This document shows positions 35,865-47,617 of a stretch of DNA of 64,000 nucleotides, one piece after another. Below the pieces are notes generated by a model that ran no database searches, was not told where the DNA came from, and saw nothing but the letters and a program-made list of their open reading frames with translations. Positions within the stretch are counted from its first letter, which is position 1; each line of letters opens with the position of its first letter. Location: positions 1,119,339-1,183,338 of the forward strand of contig ML992510.1 in the NCBI GenBank assembly GCA_010093995.1, read 5' to 3'. The stretch comes from Elsinoe ampelina (taxonomy: Eukaryota). Position numbers and translations under genes: made by a program.

Positions 35865-38800
35865 ATGAAGAGAAAGCGTTTTCCGCACAGCGAGTTGAGA
35901 GCTCGCAAGAGAGCAAAGGCAGGAAATCCTGCCGATGACAGCGCTGCTCGGGCACTTCCTGACGCCGGTGTCCTGAAGTCGTACTATCCCATCGTCGACA
36001 CACTGCGGACATACCTATGTGCTCGCATTTCCAAGAACCGAGGACGAGCTCTTCAACAATGCTGCTCAAAAGACGACACTGCGATTTCTGCACTGCTCGA
36101 TACCACCATGGTTGGTAGCTTTAACGAGCCTCCTGCAGAACAAGAATGTGCCGGATATCTAAACGAGCTGAAAGTCTTTTCTCAAAAAAGATCTGAATCA
36201 GTGACAGGATCTACGTCTTCTTCACAGTCTCCTGCAATCCAAAACGTAGGTTAGCTCGGTGAGTTTTGCCATTTCATAGCTCATTTGACTACAGATTGTC
36301 GAATATTGTATATGGCTGTTATTCAGGAAACACAGCAAGACACCATACCCTCCACATATCCTGTGTCATGGCTATGTTAGATCGACTTTGGCTGGCAACA
36401 ACGGCGTCGAATTGAGCGCTACGACTGAGATTCCTGGATTGATCTGCCAGCATCCGAATCAGTATGTCGAGAAGCTCAGATCCAAGCCATGGTCTGAGCT
36501 ACCGGCTCTTCTTGGGGCGAAGGCAGAGAAGATACTAGTATCTCTCATCTTAGACTGCGGTCTATACAACCTCCTCAGGCCGTCTGGGAAGAATTGGGTA
36601 CAGATCAGCGGCACCCCAATAACAGAGATGCCTCAACTTGGCTCAACAGTGAAGGAGCCGCTCCCGATTCTCTCCAAATCGGCTGCAAATACCAAGAAGA
36701 GTCTTGCTACGGAAAGGAAGTCCAACGCTATCCGTTTCGTCCGACATCGCATGCTGTATGGCAAGCCGGTTCTGAATTCTTCTGGCAAGGCCACTTTCGG
36801 CCAACGACCAGTGCATGTGCTGAATCGCAACAAGGAGATCAACGACGATGAGGAGACTATACATGTGATGAAGTACATCTTCCCGCGGCAATTTGGTCTT
36901 CACAACGTGTTCACCTCGACCGTTGACAAGGAAGAAAGCGCACACCAATTCCTCGACTACACGATCCGAGAGCAAGAGATCAAGCGACAGATGCTCAAAG
37001 AGGCAGCGAAGGGTGGCAGAAACCCTATGACCGACACTCATCGCAAGACAAAGCTACCAAAGCGACTTCGAGGCGCTCCATTTGACCTGGTCAAAGCCAT
37101 CCGCAAACGCCACCAGACCTGCTCATACTCCCAACTCATCAACCACTACTGCCCAACCCCGACCCACCAAGACTCCAACAATATCCTCTCTCTTGCCACC
37201 CCAATCGCCCAGGTCTCCGCCTTCTGCCGCTCCGTCATCAACCACGTCTTCCCCTCTAATCTTTGGGGCAGCTCCCACAACCACCACCACATGCAGCACT
37301 TCATCCACCACTTCCTCGCCCTCCGCCGGTACGAGACACTCTCCCTCCACACCCTCCTTTCTCCCCTCCGCATCACGTCTCTCACCTGGCTCCGTCCCCC
37401 CTCCATCCCCTCCACCTCCCACCTCTCCCCGTCCGACCTCCACGCGCGCCGCGCCCTCCTCTCCTCCCTCCTCTACTGGCTCATCGACTCCTTCCTCCTC
37501 CCCCTGCTCAGCGCAAACTTCTACATCACCGAATCCTCTGTCTCGCGCAACACGCTGCTCTTCTTCCGCCACGACGTCTGGCAATCCATCTCCCTCCCTG
37601 CCCTCCACAGCCTCAAGGAGGAAATGTTCGTCCCGCTGTCTGCGGGGGAGGTGAGACGGATGCAGACTCGTGCGTCGCTGGGAGAGTCAAAGATCAGACT
37701 CCTGCCCAAGGAGAAGGGGGTGAGGCCTATTATCAATCTGCGGAGGAGGACGCTGGTCAAGGGCAGGGACGGGAGGATGGTGTTGGGACGGAGCGTGAAT
37801 GGGGCGCTGAAGCCGGCTTTTGCGGTGTTGAATTGGGAGAAGGGGGGGAGGTTGGGGGCGAGTTTGTTTAGTGCTGATGAGGTGGGGCCGAAATTGTATG
37901 GGTTTAGGGAGGGACTGAGGTGGAGGGGGAGGGAGGGGCAGAGGTTGTGGTTTGTCAAGGTGGATGTGAGGGGGTGTTTTGATAGTATTCCCCAGGGAAA
38001 GTTGATGGGGTTGTTGAGGGAGGTGGTGGGGATGGAGGGGTATTCCGTGGGGAGGTATGCGGAGGGGAGGGAGTTGAGGAGTAAAGCTGTGGGGGTGGAG
38101 GGGAGGGTGGCGTGGAAGTTTAGGAATGAGGCTGTTGGGGCAGGGGAGGAGGGGACGTTGAGTCAGATGCTGGAGGAGGAGCATGGTGAGAGGGAGGGGA
38201 GGGTGTTTGTTGATAAGGTGACGAGGAGGTATGAGTCGAGGGTCAAGGTGATGGAGGTGTTGAAGGAGCATGTTGAGAGGAATGTGGTAAGAATCGGTAA
38301 AGGAGTGTATAGGCAGAAAGTAGGCATACCTCAGGGGAGCGTGGTGAGCTCGCTGTTGTGTAGTCTGTTCTATGGTGATATGGACAGGAAAGAGCTGGGA
38401 TTCTTGGACGCAGAGGAATGCTTACTGATGAGGTTGATCGACGACTTTCTGCTGGTCACAACTCGAGAGGATCTGGCGAGGAGGTTTGTCAAAGTCATGC
38501 ATGAGGGCATGGCGGAGTACGGCGTTACGATCAAGCAGGAGAAGAGTCTGGTCAATTTTGACATTACCATTGAAGGGACAAAGGTCAAGAGGATGGCTGA
38601 AGTGGCCGACTTTCCTTACTGCGGACTCACCATCAACACAGCCAACCTCAACGTATCGGCCGACAGCGCGAGACGGCAGGCCCAAGATATGCGCGCAGCG
38701 GTCACAGTGGAGCATTCGAGGTTACAAGGCCAGAGCTTCTACCGCAAAGCATTGGAGTATGTACGGGCCTTCTGTTGCAATTCGGCTTCTGACACACCCC

Positions 38801-39481
38801 TGCAGCACGGCGAAACTGCACATGCAAAGTGTACTAATGTCGACGTCGTTCAACGATGTGACGCGGGTGCAGCATAATCTCTACCAGGCCTTCAAAGACA
38901 TGGGCTGGCGATGCGTTCACTACCTCGACAGCATGAGCGGTGGACGACAACCAGGACCGCAATTAATGATCCGTCAGTAGTGCCAGGGATAGTTCTGCAC
39001 GTGCGTTGTTGGCTGACCGGGTCTGCAGGGACGGTGGAAGATCTAATCGACTTTGCATACGCACTCATGAAGAAGCGTCGACGCGTAAAGGGCCTGAGGC
39101 TAGACTGGACGTGTTCAATCAGTCGACAAGAGATGCAGAGGTGAGTTGTTTCCTTATCTGTGCCACCATCTGGTGGCTGGATGTGGTGTGCTCGACATGC
39201 ACGATTCTTGCATGAATCTTGCTTGCGGCTGCAGACACCTGCAAGCCCCGCCGTCATTGAGAATTAGCGGGAACAAGCCGGATCAGGCCGGATTTTCAGT
39301 TTTTCTGCACTCGATGCTTTGACGCAGTGCTGACGATCGGTGTTTCGGCAGACTCGCATACCAAGCGTTGTTGGGAGTGTTTCAACGACGTCAGACAAAG
39401 CTTTTCATCGTTGTTGAATGGATAAGAATGCGGCTGTCGCACATGGAGGACGGGAAGAGGAAGGTCAAGGGTGGGGATTGA
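35865..39481 (+). CDS. TERT: Telomerase reverse transcriptase; introns 36246-36294, 38757-38805, 38973-39028 and 39141-39351
   Basis: HILCHGY, IFPRQFGLHNVF, T motif FYITE, IRLLPK/RPIINL, motif A VKVDVRGCFDSIPQ, B' GIPQGS, C LIDDFL, E FPYCGL. Confidence 0.97.
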
Positions 39482-40439
39482 AGCTTAACCGCCGTGGGAG
39501 CGAAAGGATGATGCACTCCTGTCTGAGAGTCAAGCACTGGGGGATGTGTCTAAGATCGGGAGAGGTTGGAGTTGTGGACAAGCACGACAGACTGCGCATT
39601 TCCTTTAATCGTCGATAAGAAAAGAAATGGTCTCTGTGATCTGCCAGAGCCGCAGGCTTAATCTGTGGGGAGAAGCACAAAATCGTGAGAATCTGGTGGC
39701 AGGAACGGCAAGAGGATGCGATGATTGGCGCGCCGCTTTTCATGACTTCAAGTGTCTCTGAAAATCAAGCTCGCTCGCCGCGTCTGATCCAAGGCTGGCA
39801 TTCCAAAGAGTGACAGCATTTGCTTCTCCCGTGCTGCGTCTTTGGGTCTTCGATCAAGGTTGAGGAATATTCCTCATCTTTATTACAGTAATATACCGCC
39901 CAATGCTTTTGTCCTCTCCTTCCTCGCCCTCGGCTTCACGTCAGCACCGTAATTACACCACGCCCACTCGACCAGATTAACATCCACGACTCATTAACAC
40001 GACACTCAGCCCTCAATTGCATTCTATTCTTTGCCAGCAGTGTCTAACCCCGCCTGTCACAGGCCAGACAACCCCCCTTCCCACCACACCATATCAATCA
40101 CCGTTGCTTGTTTGATGGCAAGCCGGTCCAAGTCAACTGTCTGACCGCACACCACAGACTCTGCCGCGTCTACGGAGTACACCTCATCGACATCCCCTCA
40201 TCGACCCGTTGGTTCCTGGAACGTGGCGCCCTCTTTCCTCAAAGTGGTTCAATGAAGATTAGAGCCCTGCTTGCCGCATCGAGCTAGCACCCGCCAGCCG
40301 CACTCGTTGAATCGGCCAATCGTTGGCCCCTTTCACCCCCGGACTCTGCGCTTGGGCTCATCTTGGAAAAGTTTGGCTGCAGTCTGGCCGTGCAGAAGCA
40401 AATTACAACGCCCCGGCCGGCCTGAACTGCAAAGACACA

Positions 40440-43049
40440 ATGCAAGTCGGCCTGGCCATCCATCCTGCGCCGGTCCATCTCTCTCGCTTTGATGATCCTG
40501 ACGCTGCCTTCTCTCACAAACACCCTCGTCGTCGACGAACCCGACATTCCTTTTGTATCACTATCCCAGAGGGTGACAATGTCCCCGTCCATTCTTTGAA
40601 CAGCCGCAAGCACCACGCCGTCAGGTCCGGCTCAACCGTCGCCGACAACAAACTTTCATTTCAGCCTCCTACTGTCAAGGCTATTGTAGACACTTCTTCA
40701 GACTCGGAGCCCAGCGACGGCACAGTTTCACCAAATCTATCTGCAGGCCCAGTGCCTCGCGTCCATTCTTTCGACATGGCTGTTCCGACTTCACGCTCAT
40801 TCACAATCGATATGCCAGTCCCTGATTCACCACCGGATCTTTCGTCCTCGAAATCGTCCAAGTCTTCTTCTTCCTTTCGATCTTCAATTCTTTCAGAAAC
40901 TCTCAGTACCGAGAACATAACCCATTTTGAGGACATTTCCCTGGACGAGAAGCGCGATTCGTACGACTTTGCTCAAAAGGATACTCGATCACGACCGGCG
41001 GCAAGGCCGCTTCACTCTATGATGGGTTCGAGGAAGAAGCTGGCACACACTGTAGATAACGTCCGGACTGTACATATTGCACAGAACAGATCTGGACCAG
41101 GCGTTCGACCATTGGATGAGCGGAGTACAAACATGCCAGTCCGCCAGATGCGACCTGGGTTCAGGAACACTTCAGGATCGTACGCACCACGATCACCCAC
41201 CATATCTGGTGAGTCAAGGTCGCCGTCACCTACTAAGGGCTTCATGCACAGCGGGCTGCAGCGATCTGGCGCATCAATTCCTGGATCAACTGCGCAGAGC
41301 TTCTTGTCTGTTCAGGGTGTGAGCAGGAGGAAGACATGGGCACCAGGACGAAAGACCGTCAAGCAATTGGAAGACGAGTATCACGACTCGGACGAGGATG
41401 TTCCTGAAGACGCCGTCATTTGGAATGTGCCCATCTCACCACTGGAGCCCTTCACTACCGCCTCTCGCGACCCGAGTCCAAGGCGCATGTCGTCACTTTC
41501 AAGCTTGTCCTCAAACGGACAGACTTACAAACATCCTTCAGCCCCAAATACTGCTGTCATGGCGCCTCACCCGAACCCACATCTCGGACTGCCCCGCAGC
41601 GCGACTACCGGCAGCTTTCCAAACGAACCCTTCACAGACATGTTCTCGCTTCGTGAGCGCCACAGGTCGTGGCAGAACGATCTCAGCAGCGAGGCTAAGC
41701 AGATCTCGCTTGCGCTTGAAGTACATGCGAACAAACCCTCGATCGACTCCAAGCTCAACACTCCAGCTGGTAGCCCTCCCAACTCCGCCCTCTCCCGCCG
41801 ACAGTCAAATGTCTCTAGCCTCTCCCTGCCACCGATTCAGAAGTCAAATGTCATGATTGACCCCCTTCCTATCTCAAAAGAAAAGGAAGCCGTCCTTGCT
41901 CGCACTCGCCCATCTTGGCTCCCACCCAAGAACAAGAAGGAGGAGCGCAAGCATCTCAAGGAATGGGAGCGCATGATGGCGCACTCTGCCATTGCCGACC
42001 GTCGCCGCGCAGCGAAGCAACTCGAAGAGCTCGAGTCTTCACGCCAGACCAAGGACAATGTCGAGCGTATTTGGGAGGATCACGTCCTGCCCAACTGGGA
42101 CGCTGTCATGAATGAGCCGCGAACGCGCGAGCTCTGGTGGCGGGGTGTCAACCCCAAAATCCGAGGTGAAGTCTGGAAGCGTGCCATTGGCAATGGTCTA
42201 CAGCTGTCGTCGACATCCTATTCCAAGGCTCTCGAGAGGTCCTCGTCACTCGATGAGGATGTCGTCAAGCAAATCTCTGTTGATGCTGCTGCCGCCTTTC
42301 CCGAGACTGGACTCTTCAAGGAGGAGACGCCGATGCATACTTCCCTGGTCGACGTCCTCAAGGCTTATGCAGCCTACCGACCATACACTGGCTACCAGTC
42401 CTGCATGACTCGTCCTGCGGCTGTCTTGCTTCTCAACATGGAGCCCTCGGACGCATTCATCGCCCTTGCCAATACCCTTAATCGATCTCTTCCCAATGCT
42501 TTCCTCACCAACGATCGTCAGGGCATTGACAAATGGACCGGCATTGTCTGGAGCACTCTGAAGTATAAGTATCCAAAGCTCCACGATCACCTGATCCAGA
42601 AAGCCCAGGAAGTCAAGGTTGAGAAGACAGAAGACTCTTTCGCGGTCGAGCGCAACGACTCTGTTGCGGCCACGCCTGTTCTCGAGACCATCTTATCCCC
42701 ACCACTTGAGCGCGTACCATCGCGGTCCACTAGCCGCTCAGGTCGTCCAGTCTCCAGTGCCGGCAAGGTCTACGGCGAAGAGCTTGTACGGCCAATGCTC
42801 GAGTCGCTCTTCACTAGACACCTCGATCTCGAGACTACCAGCCGACTTTGGGACGTGTATGTCTTTGAGGGCGATAAGCTGCTTGTTCGCGCTTTCACTG
42901 GTGTGCTCGGCCTGCTTGAAAGTGGTCTGTATGGTACCAAGGAGGAGATTCTGGCTGTGCTTGGACAGAGGGCTGCAGTTTTGGAAGTCGGGACCTCGGG
43001 GGAGGTGATGAAGGCCGTGAGAGAGGCGGGCAAGGTCGACAGGCGGTAG
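40440..43049 (+). CDS. TBC-domain Rab-GAP with an Sbe2/Sbe22-like segment
   Basis: DPLPISKEKEAVLARTRPSWLPPK, ELWWRGV..RGEVW and RLWDVYVFEG; start codon uncertain. Confidence 0.85.
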   Translation: MQVGLAIHPAPVHLSRFDDPDAAFSHKHPRRRRTRHSFCITIPEGDNVPVHSLNSRKHHAVRSGSTVADNKLSFQPPTVKAIVDTSSDSEPSDGTVSPNLSAGPVPRVHSFDMAVPTSRSFTIDMPVPDSPPDLSSSKSSKSSSSFRSSILSETLSTENITHFEDISLDEKRDSYDFAQKDTRSRPAARPLHSMMGSRKKLAHTVDNVRTVHIAQNRSGPGVRPLDERSTNMPVRQMRPGFRNTSGSYAPRSPTISGESRSPSPTKGFMHSGLQRSGASIPGSTAQSFLSVQGVSRRKTWAPGRKTVKQLEDEYHDSDEDVPEDAVIWNVPISPLEPFTTASRDPSPRRMSSLSSLSSNGQTYKHPSAPNTAVMAPHPNPHLGLPRSATTGSFPNEPFTDMFSLRERHRSWQNDLSSEAKQISLALEVHANKPSIDSKLNTPAGSPPNSALSRRQSNVSSLSLPPIQKSNVMIDPLPISKEKEAVLARTRPSWLPPKNKKEERKHLKEWERMMAHSAIADRRRAAKQLEELESSRQTKDNVERIWEDHVLPNWDAVMNEPRTRELWWRGVNPKIRGEVWKRAIGNGLQLSSTSYSKALERSSSLDEDVVKQISVDAAAAFPETGLFKEETPMHTSLVDVLKAYAAYRPYTGYQSCMTRPAAVLLLNMEPSDAFIALANTLNRSLPNAFLTNDRQGIDKWTGIVWSTLKYKYPKLHDHLIQKAQEVKVEKTEDSFAVERNDSVAATPVLETILSPPLERVPSRSTSRSGRPVSSAGKVYGEELVRPMLESLFTRHLDLETTSRLWDVYVFEGDKLLVRAFTGVLGLLESGLYGTKEEILAVLGQRAAVLEVGTSGEVMKAVREAGKVDRR

Positions 43050-43644
43050 AGAACGAGGAGGAGAATGATGAATTGGAAATGGCAAGGATTGGTGCTTGAC
43101 GGCAAAGGGATCATGAACAGTGTATGATACGATGACAGTTCTATTCTTACCATGACGAGCCAAGCGGCCGTCGCATGTGGAGAGTGTAATTCTTAATCAA
43201 AGAGTGGTATCCTTCTGCAGCCAACTTCCGGCATTGTTCTTTCGCTCGCCACGTGGCTGTGTTTGTTCCGATTTAGAAACATCGCTCTCGGTATCTTGGA
43301 TGCCACCATTGTCCTGATCTGGCCAGATTGTCTGCACATGCGGCTTTGCCTTGATTGTGCATGTACACCAATAGGGACGAGATACCAAGCGCTCATGCAA
43401 GCCACGAATATGCGAGAGACCGCGGATGGGACTCAGCTGAGCGGGGTCTACTTGCCTTCGATCGAAGTCTTGCCTCGACCTCTGTAGGATCTCTCTCATT
43501 CCGCCTCTGCATGACCAGGTCCTTGAGTCCTTCTGGTCGCCTGTCTGGGGGTTTTTACAGGCAGGCGCCCGCCTCGCCGTCCTTTGAACCAAGCACCATC
43601 GAGGGAGGTGATGCGCATGTTTAGCGACAGCGTTTCTTTTCAGC

Positions 43645-46600
43645 ATGCCGCCTTCAACTTCCAGGAAGGGGAAGGAGCCTATTCGCGATAGCAACACCGA
43701 GGTAGCCAGCAGCAGTGCGACGTCCCCTCAAGCCACTCGGACACAATTGGATAGCTCACAAGCCTACTCTATCGGATGGATATCCGCTCTCTCCATCGAA
43801 CGTGCCGCCGCAACAGCCATGCTCGATTTCGTACACGACAGTCCAAAGCACTTCGTCAAGCATGAGCGAGATTCCAACAGCTACACCTGGGGGTCGATGG
43901 GGAGGCACAACATCGTCATTGCCTCACTTGCTGCTGGCAGGTATGGTACCATATCGGCAGCTGTGACTGCGCAGAATATGCTTGCTTCGCTTCCGCACAT
44001 CAAATTTGCCCTCCTGGTAGGAGTCGGTAGCGGCATCCCCCGGCCGCGTCAAGGCGAAGACATTAGGCTTGGAGACGTTGTGGTCAGTAAGCCGGCCAGC
44101 ACCCACGGTGGAGTAGTCAAGTACGATTTTGGCAAGGTCCAAGCAGACGGCACGTTTGAGGTTACCGGGTTGCTGAATAGCCCTCCAGAGGTATTACTCA
44201 AGGGGATTGGTGTCTTGAAGAGCGAACATTTGTCCGAAGAATCGAAAATGCAAGCCCTCATTAACGACATGCTCGATAGACACCCTCGTATGCTAAGCTA
44301 CGGCTTTGCAAACCCAGGCCAAGACAATGACAGGCTTTTCCGACCTCGATCAACACATGTCATGACCAATGATCGTCACTCTGATACCAGGCGGCGCCAA
44401 TGCCACGCTTGTGATCCAAATCTGGAAGTCAAGCGGAAAGAGCGAGCTTCGGACGCACCTTCCGTCTTCTACGGAACAATAGCATCAGGAAATGCATCAG
44501 TCCGCGATGGTGTCAGCAGGAATCAGCTCGTCGACCGCATCGATAGCGCTGCGTTGTGCCTCGAAACGGAAGCTGCCGGACTGATGAACAACTTCCCGTG
44601 CCTCGTTGTCAAAGGTATATGCGACTACGCGGATGCTCATCGGAGTGACAAATGGCAGCCATACGCTTCCGCTACGGCTGCTGCATACACCAAGGAATTG
44701 CTCCTGACCATTGCCGCCGACGATGTACAAAGGGTGCAAACTCTGGACCAATTTCTGGGCGGTATCCGTCAACAGGGTGAGAGAGCTCTGCCCGACCGAG
44801 CACAACAGCACCGTTACTGATGGAAACAGTGATCTCCGGTTTCATGTCAATGTCACAAGAGTTCAGGCAGAGTCACAAAAGCATTTACGACCAGCATGAG
44901 TTCGAGCTTCTGCAATTGCTGCCGGTCGAGTTCGGTGCTATGAGCGATTCGTTTGAGGAGGAGCACCAACCCATCTGCCTCGACGGCACTCAATCGCGTG
45001 TCCTGGAGCACATTGAGGACTGGATGGAGAGTACCGAGGAAAGGACCATCTACTGGATGACTGGGCCCGTGGGAGCCGGGAAGTCTACAATTGCACGTAC
45101 AATTGCAAGTACAGTATGCTCTCGCCGACGGAATGGCCTGGTCGCTTCTTTCTTTTTCAGGCGTAGCGAGCAGACCCTTAGCTCTGCAGTCAACTTGGTG
45201 GGTACATTGTCACATCAGCTCTCGCAGAAGATTCCCGCTTTCAGGTTGTCAGTCCTAGGAGCCTTGAAGCAAGATTCAACCATCCGCAAAAAGTCTTTAG
45301 CCGAACAATTCAACCATCTTATTGCTACGCCACTACAAGAGGCCCTCTCAGCGGACGCCTTGCGCAACAGGACGGTCGTCGTAGCCATTGATGCATTGGA
45401 CGAATGTTCAGAAACGCAAAATGTGACAGCCATAATCTGCCTTCTCTCTGATATTGGGCGTCGAACCTGCTTGCGGACTTTGGTCACCTGCCGGCCGACT
45501 AGTCCACTCATTGAACAGATCCGGCAGATTGACCGAAAAGTCTATCTCGATATCAAGCTGCTGGAGATGACTGAGCTGAGAATTGAGAACGACGTTGTGA
45601 CGTACTCGACATCGAGTCTGCAGGGGCTGCGTGACCAAGACGACTACAGCACACGTGACGTTATTCCGGAACACCATGATCTGCTTGATCAGCAACCTCT
45701 CCAAGTCCACTCTGCAGCACTGGCCTCGAGATCCCTAGAGCGTGCCAATCAAGAGATTCCTGAAATCAGGCCCTCTCAGCATTCCAAGGAAGTCGAACAA
45801 CTGTTATCTATAGATTCTCAACATGCGCAGCGCGATGCCCTGAGTTCGTTGGCAACTCGGCAGCCACTGAAAGACGAAGGGGAAAGCGACAAGGCGCTCA
45901 AATCTGCGCGAGAGCTGAGTGAGGTGTCACAATCGTCGTTCTATGACGCCAATATTGGTCAGACATATGAGCAAACAATGCTTGACATAGACACAGTTCT
46001 AGTCGAAGACATTCCAGCGGAACTTGACGAATTCGCCAGCTTGTACAGATATGGTCGATTTAAAGAGGCACGCCGCTATTTCGAAGACGTTCTGGAAGAT
46101 CATGTGCAATTTTTTCCAGTCGCTGCCGAATATGCAGACTGCTTGTCTGAGCAAGAAGATTACAAGACTTTGAAAAACTTTGCTCTTGAACGGCTAAGTC
46201 AATATCCAAGGGCTGTTGAAGAGCCTGTGATCGACGCCGAGCGCATTTTCTTTCGTTTGCACAACGCACTTGCTACAGCGCACACCAACTTAGCCTGGGC
46301 CAATGGAACGGAATGTGCTTTTACAGCTTGGGATGCGATCGCTCTGCGATCGCTCAGCTCGCCTCTCGTAAATGAAGGCATAAGGGTGGGTACATTTAGC
46401 GATTTTTCAAGTCCAAGACTGACAATGAGTCTGTAGGAAAGGATTACTATACTTCGCTACAGAATTTTGTGTCTAATTGCCAAGTATTCGCAACGTTTAC
46501 TGGATGTCGCCATACAAAGCTACGTAAGAGACCTCGGGAGGTCGTTGATAGACGAAGCAATGCTGTTGATTTCAAATGACAGAGCCATGGAACTCTGCCT

Positions 46601-47297
46601 ACCACTGTTTGCCGCCCTTCGACACTCTCCTGATGCCGATGTGCGATCGATCATAGAAGCCTTCATCGGAAATACGCATCCTCGAGAAACACTTTCAGAC
46701 GCTGCCCTTCTAAACCTGATTGATAAGGTGGCCCTTTTCCAAGGCGTATTCTCCAACGCAGTTGAGGCGGGAATCCTAAGCGTCCAAGGCTGGGGCGACG
46801 CTATCAATATGGCTTGCGCGGACAAGATCAATCAGGCCACATATCTGCTCGAGGGACTGGGACATTCGCTTTGCCCTCGCTACATACTGCACTTAGCGAA
46901 CATGCAGGAGTTCCGAGAACCACGAGCACTTGCTCTGCTGGCAGCTGACTATAACGGCGGCTTGAGAGCGCTTCTGCTTCGGCTATTGTCCCAGTTTCAG
47001 TTTATCGAGGATTACGCGTCGTGTTGGCTCGTCCTCCATCGCCTGGCTCGGGCAGCCTCACAGGAACAAGTCTTCGACAAGTTGTTGTGCGAACACGTCA
47101 CAAAGCTTGCAGATTCGACGTCCAACATGCATGAGGTCAATCTTATGTTGGAGGCAATGAGTTTCTACGTTGGTGCCGAGACTCCCGGGCAACGATTTTC
47201 ATCGTTGACGCTCTCATCCGCAGAGTCCATGCGGCAGATGAGAGCAGAAAACGATTACATGGAGCGCTCGATTCTGGATGCTCACGAGGTGGAGTAG
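43645..47297 (+). CDS. NLR-like protein: PNP_UDP effector domain, shortened NACHT, helical/TPR-like C-terminus; introns 44777-44829 and about 46386-46436
   Basis: YSIGWISAL, DIRLGDVVV, ETEAAG..KGICDYAD; Walker A GPVGAGKST; Walker B VVVAIDALDEC. Canonical introns join the three ORFs. Confidence 0.82.
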
Positions 47298-47617
47298 GCA
47301 CCACTCCCAAGATGAGCTCCTGAAAATCCGGCGACGGACAGTGAAGTAGTGTAGAGATGCTGGTAAGCACTATGGCTTCGTGCTGTGGTTCAAAATCTCT
47401 TCTTTTCCCGGAGTCATGGCTCGCATGGTTTGATCAATGTTGTACAGAGCTAGGTGATTCTTTGCGAAGTAGTGTACCACCTGTTCCCCATGGCTACAGC
47501 TCAGATCGATTGCCAGCGTTGACATCCTTTTCAGAAAGTCATAGGGTTTCATGCGATAATCGGCCAGGATCCATGGTTTTGCCCTGATCACTAGGAGATG
47601 TGTGGTGTGTCGTCAAT

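Noticed and set aside
36388..38877. RT domain read as a retrotransposon or novel RT system
   Set aside because: The T motif, QFP and GQ regions identify it as ordinary TERT.
33941..40400. Telomerase RNA near TERT
   Set aside because: No TAACCCTAA-type template seen by eye; the repeated element upstream is an LTR with a target-site duplication.
44817..44822. Stop/start junction suggesting a frameshift or coupled translation between PNP and NACHT ORFs
   Set aside because: It lies inside a canonical intron (44777-44829) that joins the frames.
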